64,000 bases of DNA. It comes from Macrostomum lignano (lineage: Eukaryota). The stretch covers positions 372,001 to 436,000 of the forward strand of contig NIVC01000019.1 of assembly GCA_002269645.1 (NCBI GenBank), in the 5' to 3' direction. A program made the translations under genes and the position numbers. Positions 49,690 through 62,344 of the stretch are shown here, one piece after another. The notes beneath the pieces were generated by a model. The model did no database searches and was not told the DNA's origin. It saw nothing but the letters and a program-made list of their open reading frames with translations. Within the stretch, counting starts at the first letter, position 1; every line of letters begins with the position of its first letter.

Positions 49690-52600
49690 GTCATGTAAAA
49701 AAGCATAGAAGCGTCATGTAAAAAATCATGGAAGCGTCATGTAAAAAATCATAGAAGCGTCATGTAAAAAAATCATAGAAGCGTCATGTAAACAATCATA
49801 GAAGCGTCATGTAAAAAATCATAGAAGCGTCATGTAAAAAATCATAGAAGCGTCATGTAAAAAAATCATAGAAGCGTCATGTAAAAAATCATAGAATCGT
49901 CATGTAAACAATCATAGAAGCGTCATGTAAACAATCATAGAATCGTCATGTAAAAAATCATAGAAGCGTCATGTAAACAATCATAGAAGCGACATGTAAA
50001 CAATCATAGAAGCGTCATGGAAAAAATCATAGAAGCGTCATGGAAAAAATCATAGAAGCGTCATGTAAACAATCATAGAAGCGTCATGTAAAAAATCATA
50101 GAAGCGTCATGTAAAAAAATCATAGAAGCGTCATGTAAACAATCATAGAAGCGTCATGTAAAAAATCACAGAAACGTCATGTAAAAAATCATAGAAGCGA
50201 CATGTAAAAAATCATTGAAGCGTCATGTAAAAAAAATCATAGAAGCGTCATGTAAACAATCATAGAATCGTCATGTAAACAATCATAGAAGCGTCATGTA
50301 AACAATCATAGAAGCGTCATGTAAACAATCATAGAAGCGTCATGTAAAAAATCATAGAAGCGTCATGTAAACAATCATAGAAGCGTCATGTAAACAATCA
50401 TAGAAGCGTCATGTAAACAATCATAGAATCGTCATGTAAAAATCATAGAAGCGTCATGTAAAAAATCATAGAAGCGTCATGTAAACAATCATAGAAGCGT
50501 CATGTAAAAAAATCATAGAAGCGTCATGTAAACAATCATAGAATCGTCATGTAAACAATCATAGAAGCGTCATGTAAAAAATAATAGAAGCGCATTGTAA
50601 AAAATCATAGAAGCGTCATGTAAACAATCATAGAAGCGTCATGTAAAAAATCATAGAAGCGTCATGTAAAAAATCATAGAAGCGTCATGTAAAAAAATCA
50701 TAAAAGCGTCATGAAAAAAATGATAGAAGTGTCATGTAAAAAATCATAGAAGCGTCATGTAAAAAATCATAGAAGCGTCATGTAAACAATCATAGAAGCG
50801 TCATGTAAAAATTCATAGAAGCGTCATGTAAAAAATCATAGAAGCGTAATGTAAACAATCATAGAAGCGTCATGTAAAAAATCATAGAAGCGTCATGTAA
50901 AAAATCATAGAAGCGTCATGTAAAAAATCATAGAAGCGTCATGGAAAAAATCATAGAAGCGTCATGTAAAAAATCATAGAAGCGTCATGGAAAAAATCAT
51001 AGAATCGTCATGTAAACAATCATAGAAGCGTCATGTAAAAAATCATAGAAGCGTCATGTAAAAAAATCATAGAAGCGTCATGTAAAAAATCATAGAAGCG
51101 TCATGTAAAAAATCATAGAAGCGTCATGTAAACAATCATAGAAGCGTAATGTAAACAATCATAGAAGCGTCATGTAAACAATCATAGAAGCGTCATGTAA
51201 AAAATAATAGAAGCGTCATGTAAAAAATCATAGAAGCGTCATGTAAAAAATCATAGAAGCGTCATGGAAAAAATCATAGAAGCGTCGTGTAAACAATCAT
51301 AGAAGCGTCATGTAAAAAATCATAGAAGCGTCATGTAAAAAATCATAGAAGCGTCATGTAAAAAATCATTGAAGCGTCATGTAAAAAATCATAGAATCGT
51401 CATGTAAACAATCATAGAAGCGTCATGTAAAAAATCATAGAAGCGTCATGTAAAAAATCATAGAAGCGTCATGTAAAAAATCATTGAAGCGTAATGTAAA
51501 AAATCATAGAATCGTCATGTAAACAATCATAGAAGCGTCATGTAAAAAATCATAGAAGCGTCATGTAAGCAATCATAGAATCGTCATGTAAACAATCATA
51601 GAAGCGTCATGTAAAAAATCATAGAAGCGTCATGTAAAAAATCATAGAAGCGTCATGTAAAAAATCATGGAAGCGTCATGTAAAAAATCATAGAAGCATC
51701 ATGTAAAAAAATCATAGAAGCGTCATGTAAACAATTATAGAATCGTCATGTAAAAAATCATAGAAGCGTCACGTAAACAATCATAGAAGCGTCATGTAAA
51801 AAATCATAGAAGCGTCATGTAAACAATCATAGAAGCGTCATGTAAACAATCATAGAAGCGTCATGTAAACAATCATAGAAGCGTCATGTAAAAAATAATA
51901 GAAGCGTCATGTAAAAAATCATAGAAGCGTCATGTAAAAAATCATAGAAGCGTCATGGAAAAAATCATAGAAGCGTCGTGTAAACAATCATAGAAGCGTC
52001 ATGTAAAAAATCATAGAAGCGTCATGTAAAAAATCATAGAAGCGTCATGTAAAAATCATTGAAGCGTCATGTAAAAAATCATAGAATCGTCATGTAAACA
52101 ATCATAGAAGCGTCATGTAAAAAATCATAGAAGCGTCATGTAAACAATCATAGAAGCGTCATGTAAAAAATCATTGAAGCGTAATGTAAAAAATCATAGA
52201 ATCGTCATGTAAACAATCATAGAAGCGTCATGTAAAAAATCATAGAAGCGTCATGTAAGCAATCATAGAATCGTCATGTAAACAATCATAGAAACGTCAT
52301 GTAAAAAATCATAGAAGCGTCATGTAAAAAATCATAGAAGCGTCATGTAAAAAATCATGGAAGCGTCATGTAAAAAATCATAGAAGCGTCATGTAAAAAA
52401 ATCATAGAAGCGTCATGTAAACAATTATAGAATCGTCATGTAAAAAATCATAGAAGCGTCACATAAACAATCATAGAAGCGTCATGTAAAAAATCATAGA
52501 AGCGTCATGTAAAAAATCATAGAAGCGTCATGTAAAAAATCATAGAAGCGTCATGTAAAAAATCATAGAAGCGTCATGTAAAAAATCATAGAAGCGTCAT

Positions 52601-53500
52601 GTAAACAATCATAGAATCGTCATGTAAACAATCATAGAAGCGTCATGTAAACAATCATAGAAGCGTCATGTAAAAAATAATAGAATCGTCATGTAAACAA
52701 TCATAGAAGCGCATTGTAAAAAATCATAGAAGCGTCATGTAAAAAATCATAGAAGCGTCATGTAAGCAATCATAGAAGCGTCATGAAAAAAATCATAGAA
52801 GCGTCATGGAAAAAATCATAAAATCGTCATGTAAACAATCATAGAAGCGTCATGTAAAAAATCATAGAAGCGTCATGTAAAAAATCATAGAAGCGTCATG
52901 TAAAAAATCATAGAAGCGTCATGTAAAAAATCATAGAAGCGTCATGTAAAAAATCATAGAAGCGTCATGTAAACAATCATAGAATCGTCATGTAAACAAT
53001 CATAGAAGCGTCATGTAAACAATCATAGAAGCGTCATGTAAAAAATAATAGAAGCGTCATGTAAACAATCATAGAAGCGTCATGTAAAAAATCATAGAAG
53101 CGTCATGTAAAAAATAATAGAAGCGTCATGTAAACAATCATAGAAGCGTCATGTAAAAAATAATAGAATCGTCATGTAAACAATCATAGAAGCGCATTGT
53201 AAAAAATCATAGAAGCGTCATGTAAAAAATCATAGAAGCGTCATGTAAAAAATCATAGAAGCGTCATGTAAAAAATCATAGAAACGTCATGTAAACAATC
53301 ATAGAAGCGTCATGTAAAAAATTATAGAAGCGTCACGTAAACAATCATAGAATCGTCATGTAAACAATCATAGAAGCGTCATGTAAAAAAATCATAGAAG
53401 TGTCATGTAAAAAATCATAGAAGCGTCATGTAAAAAATCATAGAAGCGTCATGGAAGAATAAAAGAAGCGTCATGTAAAAATCAAAAGAAGCGTCATGTC
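49690..53500. repeat. 23-bp AT-rich satellite (CATGTAAAAAATCATAGAAGCGT), about 3.8 kb
   Basis: Direct periodicity; runs straight into Helitron-like copy B. Confidence 0.97.
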
Positions 53501-55571
53501 AGACATGAAAGAAGTGTAATGTAAAAATTAAATGAAGCTGTGCTGTGCTGGGGAGACTTACTGAGATGTCAAGGCTCACGGAGAATAACTGAGATTACGG
53601 AGGGGGTGGGTTTCTGAGATGTCAAAGCAAAAGTCAGAAACTACTTCAATTCTTCAAAGTACATGTACTTTACTCAATTTTTTTTTTACATTCTTTGTTG
53701 GCTCGCCACGGGGGGGGGAGGCGCTGATAGAAGAAGAGTCATGTAAAAAAGAAAAGAAGCACTATGTATACATAAAAGAAGATTCATGTCGAAGTTAAAA
53801 GATTAATTTGGGAATTGCTACGATGTCAAGGCTTGGAGGGAATCGCTATAGTGCTGTGATTCTTGAAGAAAGAATCACTAAATTGTCAAGGCTTAGGGGA
53901 GAAGAATTGCTGAGATTTCAAGGCTTTTATAGGTTGGGTTAAAGTTAGGTTTAGGTCAGGTTTGGGTTGAGGGTTAGATTTTAGCGGGTTTCAAAGTTAA
54001 CAGGGGATTTTTCAGATATCAAGGTTTATGGGGGCATTGCTGACATTTCAAGGCTTATGGGGGAATAGCTGAGATGTCAAGGCTTATGGGGGAATAAATG
54101 AGATGTCAAGGCTAAAGTCAGAAGCAACATGTAGTCTATTAAAAAGTTATTTTTCATTATTTGTTGGCTCCTCACGGGAGGGATCGCTGATAAAAAAGTG
54201 TAATGTAAAAAATAAGAAGCTTCATGTCGAAAATAAGAGATTCATTTGGGAATCCCTACGATGTCGAGGCTTGCAGGGAATCGCTATAATGCTGTAGTGC
54301 TATAATGACTGTTGGAGAGAATTACTGAAATGTCAATGCTTTAGGGTTAGGGTTAGGGTTAGGGTAAGGTTAGGGTTAGAAGTTTGACAGATTTTTTTAG
54401 ATTTCTAGGCTTATTGGGGGCATTGCTGAAATGTCAAGGGGGAAGTTGATATGTTAAAGCTTGTGGGGGGGGGAATTACTGACATGTCAAGGCTTACAAG
54501 GGACTTCTGATATATATTGCAAAAAGATTCTACATGTACTTTATTACAAAACTTGTACTGCATTTTTGGCTCCCCGACGCTAAGATACTAAGCTAAAAAA
54601 TACTACTAGCGCTTTACAAACTTATGCAGATACCACAGCCAGGAAGACGGTAGAATCCTCGGAATTTTCCGGCGCAAATCAGCAATTTGCCGGCGCACGG
54701 CGCACACTTCACTGCGCCGCGCGCATGGGCTCGGCGCATCGGCGCATGGCTCGGTGCATCGGTGCATGGCTCGGCGCATGGCGCACAAGGTACGTCAGTG
54801 TACGTGACAATATAATAATGAATAATAAAAAAACGTATATTAAATGTCAATCAATCAATAAAATAAACGATAGTCGATACGATAGTCGTTATTTCCAATG
54901 TTGTTTCTATTTCAAATTTCATTAATCGACTTAACAAACTTAACAAATTTGCGCCTTTCGCGGCTTTTGTTGCGTCTTTTTGCTTATATTTTGCAAATAG
55001 AAGCCATGATTGAACTGCTTGAACTTCCATTGATATTGATTCAATTTAGATACTTAATACTTGATGGTGCTTTTTCAAGTGTATTTTTCTCGGCGCATGG
55101 CCGCACAAGTAATTTTTTTTTCTCGGCGCACGCGGCGCACAGCAAAAATTTTGATGGATGTTATTCCGGCGCACACGCTGCACCTTCCTGACCATGGTGC
55201 AGATGTCAGGCTGTAGGGTTAGTGTTCGGTTGGTATTATGGTTTAGGTTTAGGGTTAGGTTCAGGGTTATTGCGTTAAGATTCGTGTTAGGGTTAGGGTT
55301 AGAGTAGTTTATAACTTTAGCTCATGTAGCTTATTAAAAATTTTTATCATGGAAGCATGATGCAAAAATAATGCAAGCGTCATGTAAAAATTATAGAAGC
55401 ATCATGCAACAACCCATGGACAAAATATTGAATTTAGGGTTTTGGTTAGGGTTAGGGTTAGTGTTAAAAGTTTGACAGGAGATTTCTTAAGATTTCAAGA
55501 CTACATGTAGCTTATTAAAAAAACGTGTATTGCATTTCTTTGGCTCCCCAACGGGGGGCGTAGATTGCTAG
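53490..55571 (+). mobile_element. Helitron-like element copy B (inverted relative to copy A), with TTAGGG tracts and a nested MITE
   Basis: 53490-54590 and 55440-55571 are reverse complements of 39433-40565. Ends GGCTCCCCAACGGGGGGCGTAGATTGCTAG|TT at 55571. TTAGGG units at about 54340-54378 and 55215-55305. Confidence 0.6.
54633..55197. mobile_element. hAT-like non-autonomous DNA transposon (MITE), 565 bp
   Basis: Imperfect TIRs CCACAGCCAGGAAG / CTTCCTGACCATGG; 8-bp flanks TGCAGATA (54625-54632) and TGCAGATG (55198-55205), 7/8 identical; subterminal CGGCGCA(T/C)GG repeats at both ends. Confidence 0.6.
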
Positions 55572-57810
55572 TTAATTCTTTTTATTAGCACTTTTTTGCT
55601 AGTATATTAATGGATTTTTATTGAAATGTTAACACTGCATTTTTGATGAAACAGATTTAAATACAAGCTTTATTGACTGGTATTTTTCAAATTATTAATT
55701 TTTGTATTTTTCCAAAAAGTTGAAATATGGTATAAGCAAACTTTTTTGCTAGGAATAGTTTTGGCGCATGGCGCAAGCAAATTTTTTGGATAGGATTGTT
55801 GTGGCACATGGCATGCCATGATCCTGACTATGGCTATTATCAGACTATCAACAATGTTTTAAAATATGTTATTTGCTATATAAAATTAGGCAACTTTGCT
55901 CAAAAGAATCCAATCTACAAAACAAAACCAAGACAAAATCAAGAGATGGTAACTAACCAGCTGTATGTAGCTAGCAGCTAGCTATGGAGTATGGTATAAC
56001 TCTAATACTTCATTTAATTAAATTGTAAAGTTTTATTAACATAGGCCTAATATAAGTGAATAATAATCCTGTGGATTTTTGCAACTTAAATAGATCAGAG
56101 ACGACAGAGATACTCGGCAAATGTAACATCTCAAGTGTAACGTTTTAGCTCTAGTTATTACAGGGGTATGCTTAGACAGACACCCAACTTCCAATCCAAA
56201 TGAAATATCCATCCAATCCAAGTCACATATTTTCCCAAAAGTTTAAGACATATCGTCCAGTGGCCGCAACATAGCAAGACCTATGCAACACTTAGCAATA
56301 CTTGCTTAATATAACAATGTATAGAAGTACCAAATTAAATCAGAAAAATAAGTGCAAAAGTAAAAAAATTTAGCCAAAAGGCCCAAAACCGTGAAAACTG
56401 AACTCGCCAAGGTAAAGGTTCGTTATTTCATAGAATTTTATCAGTTTAAATATTGTAGTAAAGTTTTTTACTTAAAATCTAAAATAGCTTTTTATAAATA
56501 TTGTTTTACAAAATACTTTTTAGTTTGTGAAGCAAAAATAATTTTTTTGTTTTAAAATTGTTATAATATTATAAAAGCACGATATGCAGTTTGAATTAAC
56601 TTTTTTTCTGAGAAACACAGCCGACCAAAATTTTGCGAAAATCCAATTTGATATCTAGGCAGGCTTAATTTAGTATTGTAAAGTACATTTAGATAAATAT
56701 CAGTCACATACCCGATGACCTACTCAGAATAGTCTTATTTTTTAACATATTAGAGATTTTTAAAGCAGTTTCTTATATTTTTGACTTGCAAAAAATATTC
56801 TTACACAAGTGGCATTTCTAGGGACTAGGGTGTCAGGGACTAGGGGTACAGCCGTTACAGGACGTTTTGCCTTAAGTCATTTGGCGGCTGCCTATGACGC
56901 ATGGCTTTGGGCCTTATAAGACACTTAGCCCGAATATTCAAATAAGTCTAAGTCCTACGATTGGGTTTTATTTCGCTTGACTGTACTGTACTTAAAATCG
57001 TTTTGTCTATTCTCTTTTTCCTATTTTGCTATTTACTGTTTTACTTCAGCTTCAGTGATGGATCCTGATTTGGTCCTAATGCCCCAATGAGGCCATGCCC
57101 CTCCCTCAGCTAGATATAACGGCTATAATTTATATGATATTCATTTGGAGAGGATCAATATAGATTACATTACTGTCATTAGCAAAATTTATCATGGGAA
57201 ATTAGAGTAAGCTTTTTTCTAAGAATTTTATTTAATATAACAGAAAGGTATATATATAGTGTCCCTGATATATATACTTGTTATTTAACTTTAGTTAAGA
57301 TTGGTAATCAGTGCTTTTAATTTTAATTCTAGTGGTAGACCTTGCTTGGAAATATGAATATATAACTATACTACCTCTGCTAGGTTTTTGCTATTTGATA
57401 ATATTAATAACTATATATAATATATAGCTAAGATAAATTATGGAGGTCTATATATTAAAATTCAGTCTTCTTGGGTCTTAATAATATTTTGACTATTTTA
57501 AGCTAAACTTGATATTTTAAATTTCTCAAATATTTGTGCATTAAAAATTGAATAATGATTTTTATGTCTAGATATATCTTTAAGAATATGCTTGTTTTAT
57601 GATTTTATGAGCAATTAACCAAATCTTCTTTCTTTGATCCTATGTAAAATATATTTTTATGCCTAACAATTGGCAACCTAAAAATTATGCCAATTGACAC
57701 TTTTTATTTTGCTAGCACCTAGGTTTTAAACAAAATGTGTTAAATAACATATGACAAAAAGATTACTAAGGAGCAAGACACAATGTAAAAGAAGAAAGAA
57801 AAGATGAGAG

Positions 57811-58105
57811 GGGGGCCGTAGCCTAGCGGTAGCGTAGCTGCTCTGGTGTGCCAGTGACCCAGGCTTGATTCCAAGTGCAGTCACATTAATTTGGGGCTGA
57901 ATTGGAATCTCAGCTTGGCTCTGCTCATGCAATTAATGGCCTTGAAAGCCAACCCCCCAAGGCGCAGTGAAGTGTACATGCCTAACGATAATATAAAGTT
58001 AGGGCCGCTGTACACTCCTGTGTGAGTGTATGCCTGCGTATGTATCCGCGCGCTTGTATGCCTGCTCATGGGAGTTGGCAGAATGGGCAGTAATGCCTCT
58101 CGCCG
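57811..58105 (+). mobile_element. tRNA-derived SINE, full length
   Basis: A box TAGCCTAGCGG 57819-57829, B box GGCTTGATTCC 57862-57872; colinear with the inverted copy at 63198-63502. Confidence 0.8.
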
Positions 58106-58247
58106 GTTGTGTGCCTATGTCGCTTAAAGTGCGCCAGGGTGCACACAACCCCCTGTCTCTAATACAAAAAGAGGCACAGAAACAGGAAAAGATGAGAAAG
58201 GAAATACCAACAGAAGAGGCAACAAAAAAGCAGAGAACATACATGCA

Positions 58248-58397
58248 CAACCTTGGGAATCACTCGGCTGTTTCTATTGGCAACACACACATGTAAGTCA
58301 CTATTGGCTGAGAGCAGTCTCGTGACTACTATTCTGTCCAATAGCAACTTACATGTGTGTGTTGCCAATGGAAACGGCCGGGTGAATCCCTAGGTTG
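58248..58397. repeat. 150-bp inverted repeat (about 60-bp arms, about 33-nt spacer)
   Basis: Left arm CAACCTTGGGAATCACTCGGCTGTTTCTATTGGCAACACACACATGTAAGTCACTATTGG pairs with the right arm with 7 mismatches. Confidence 0.9.
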
Positions 58398-58763
58398 CAC
58401 CCAAGCATGGCAGAGAAGGAGAGCAAAAAGGAAGTCGCAACTAGACTACTGGACTAAGCTTAGTTGCAGCAAAAATATGCAGTTCTATTATCACAGAGAG
58501 TGGGTTTCTCTGCCATGGTTTATATAGTCAAAGCTTTTTCACCAAATCACCATTATTTCTCTATATTTAGCTTGAAGAACAGTTTCTGCTCTGTACGAAC
58601 TCGCTACAGAAGTCTTCAGGAAAATCTTGAAGCCATCATATTACTGTATTTGTAGTTATAAGTTTTCTGTAGGCATATCTAGCTGCCATAGGTCCCCATT
58701 ATACTGATAGTTGACATAGCAACCTTTAGCATAGTCTATTGGTATCAAGTAGTTAAATTCTGC

Positions 58764-61700
58764 TCAAACAGCTGGTGAAGCAGCTCTGCTGTTGGCACTG
58801 GATAGCGCCGCCTCCGATGCCTCATCAATTGCTGCTGGCTGCACAGTCCCCCTCAGCCGCAGGTAGCCAGCTTTCCCAGCCTCTGCCAGCTGCCGCTGCA
58901 GCTCCTGCTCGCTGTTGATGATGCGCACCACTTTGTAGGCCTCCTCGCTGGATTCCAGCACGCTTTTCTTCCTGTCAGCCTCGTGCCGTCTGGTCTCGAT
59001 TCGCTTCAGGCTGAAGCTGCCAATCTGTGCAGTTATTTAAGGGGTATCGATATTTTTGTTTGGACTCGGGATGAAGGTATGGGTTTTGAAATTTGTGTCA
59101 GATCAAATTTAGGCACAGATCTACATTTCACTGACATGATTGTGTGTAAATTTTAACCTGATAGCTGTCACATTGGATCATAAGCATGCCGCTTTGTTAG
59201 TCTTTAATGGTTGGACGAGCCTCTTGCTTTCCAAAATTCCTCATTTCAGCTTGTAGATCCTCATTCTTGGCATGAAGATCCTCATTCTTGGCATGTAGAT
59301 CCTCATTCTTGCATGTAGATCCTCATTCTTGGCATGTAGATCCTCATTCTTGGCATGAAGATCCTCATTCTTGGCATGTAGATCCTCATTCTTGCATGTA
59401 GATCCTCATTCTTGGCATGTAGATCCTCATTCTTGCATGTAGATCCTCATTCTTGGCATGTAGATCCTCATTCTTGCATGTAGATCCTCATTCTTGGCAT
59501 GTAGATCCTCATTATTGGCATGAAGATCCTCATTCTTGGCATGTAGATCCTCATTCTTGCATGTAGATCCTCATTCTTGGCATGTAGATCCTCATTCTTG
59601 CATGTAGATCCTCATTCTTGGCATGTAGATCCTCATTCTTGCATGTAGATCCTCATTCTTGGCATGTAGATCCTCATTCTTGCATGTAGATCCTCATTCT
59701 TTGCCTGTAGATAATCATTCTTGGCATGTAGATCCTCATTCTTGGCATGTAGATAATTCATTCTTGGCATGTAGATCATCATTCTTTGCATGTAGATCCT
59801 CATTATTGGCATGTAGATCCTCATTCTTGGCATGTAGATCCTCATTCTTGGCATGTAGATCCTCATTCTTGGCATGTAGATCCTCATTCTTGGCATGTAG
59901 ATCCTCATTCTTGCATGTAGATCCTCATTCTTGGCATGTAGATCCTCATTCTTGGCATGTAGATCCTCATTCTTGGCATGTAGATCCTCATTCTTGGCAT
60001 GTAGATAATTCATTCTTGGCATGTAGATCATCATTCTTGGCATGTAGATCCTCATTCTTGGCATGTAGATCCTCATTCTTGGCATGTAGATCACCATTCT
60101 CGCATGTAGATCCTCATTCTTGGCATGTAGATCCTCATTCTTGGCATGTAGATCCTCATTCTTGGCATGTAGATCCTCATTCTTGGCATGTAGATCCTCA
60201 TTCTTGGCATGTAGATCCTCATTCTTGGCATGTAGATCATCATTCTTGCATGTAGATCATCATTCTTGCATGTAGATCATCATTCTTTGCCTGTAGATCC
60301 TCATTCTTGGCATGTAGATCCTCATTCTTGGCATGTAGATCACCATTCTCGCATGTAGATCCTCATTCTTGGCATGTAGATCCTCATTCTTGGCATGTAG
60401 ATAATTCATTCTTGGCATGTAGATCATCATTCTTGCATGTAGATCATCATTCTTGCATGTAGATCATCATTCTTTGCCTGTAGATCCTCATTCTTGGCAT
60501 GTAGATCCTCATTCTTGGCATGTAGATCACCATTCTCGCATGTAGATCCTCATTCTTGGCATGTAGATCATCATTCTTGGCATTTAGATCCTCATTCTTG
60601 CATGTAGATCACCATTCTCGCATGTATATCCTCATTATTGGCATGTAGATCATCATTCTTGCATGTAGATCCTCATTCTTGGCATGTAGATCCTCATTCT
60701 TTGCCTGTAGATCCTCATTCTTGGCATGTAGATCCTCATTCTTGCATGTAGATCCTCATTCTTTGCCTGTAGATCCTCATTCTTGGCATGTAGATCCTCA
60801 TTCTTGGCATGTAGATAATTCATTCTTGGCATGTAGATCATCATTCTTTGCATGTAGATCCTCATTATTGGCATGTAGATCCTCATTCTTGGCATGTAGA
60901 TCCTCATTCTTGGCATGTAGATCATCATTCTTGCATGTAGATCCTCATTCTTGGCATGTAGATCCTCATTCTTTGCCTGTAGATCCTCATTCTTGGCATG
61001 TAGATCCTCATTCTTGCATGTAGATCCTCATTCTTTGCCTGTAGATCATCATTCTTGGCATGTAGATCCTCATTCTTGGCATGTAGATCCTCATTCTTGG
61101 CATGTAGATCCTTATTCTTGGCATGTAGATCCTCATTCTTGCATGTAGATCATCATTCTTGCATGTAGATAATCATTCTTGGCATGTAGATCCTCATTCT
61201 TGGCATGTAGATCAACATTCTCGCATGTAGATCCTCATTATTGGCATGTAGATCCTCATTCTTGGCATGTAGATCACCATTCTCGCATGTAGATCCTCAT
61301 TATTGGCATGTAAATCCTCATTATTGGCATGTAGATCATCATTCTTGGCATTTAGATCTTCATTCTTGCATGTAGATCACCATTCTCGCATGTAGATCCT
61401 CATTATTGGCATGTAGATCATCATTCTTGGCATATGAATCCTCACCTTACCAAATCTGCAATTATTCATTCTTTACATATTTTGACTTTGATATGTCACT
61501 CTTGAACTCCTGATATGTAACTTCCTGCTTGCTAACTAGCATGTAAACCTACATCCCGGATTGAAGTCGACTCTAAAGAAAACACGCACCTGACTCCTTA
61601 GAGGCCTGGCTTTGACCGGCGCTCCGAACATGGCCGCAGTCTGGCGCATCAGCGTGTTGGGATGATTTGCAGTCAGGGTGGCCATTCGTTTAGCGAACTC

Positions 61701-62290
61701 TTGCCGCGTCTTTGCTAGCTCTTCGCCTTTGCTGTCCTTCGGCTTCGAATTCGCTTTGCCTTCCTTTCTTGTTTTTTCTTCGCCGTAGTCGGCTTCCTCA
61801 TCCTCTTCTTCCAGTTCCTCCTCTTCGTCGTCTTCGTCTGGCTGTGGCGAGCGCACCTCCTTGCCGCGCACGTGCTCAATCAGAAAGTTAATAAAAGACT
61901 GTCTGGCTCGAGCTGCTTCCCGGAATCGGCGCAGTCGTTCCTCCTCGGCGCGGTCCTGCTCGGCGCGCTGGCCAAGCTCTCGTCGCCGGCTTTCGTTCGC
62001 TTGTAGGCGTCGCCGCATCTGGTCCTAAGGTGTTTTGTGTTTGGCGGTTGGCGGTTTAATAAAGCAGTCAGAGCGAGCCACAATGGCTATTGATGCACTT
62101 CTAAACACGCGCAGTCTCGAGGCCTGCGCAGCGCCTCAAGATTCTGTTTTTTTGTAACAGCGTGAATACCAAGGCCTCAAGAGGAATGCCAAGCTCTCGA
62201 GAGGAATTCCAAGCTCTCGAGAGGGATGCCAAGCTCTCGAGAGGGATGCCAAGGTCTCGAGAGGGATGCCAAGGTCTCGAAAAAATGCCA

Positions 62291-62344
<54 letters not shown>

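Noticed and set aside
59633-61148. Met/Arg/His-rich periodic ORFs
   Set aside because: Translations of the 20/21-bp intronic minisatellite.
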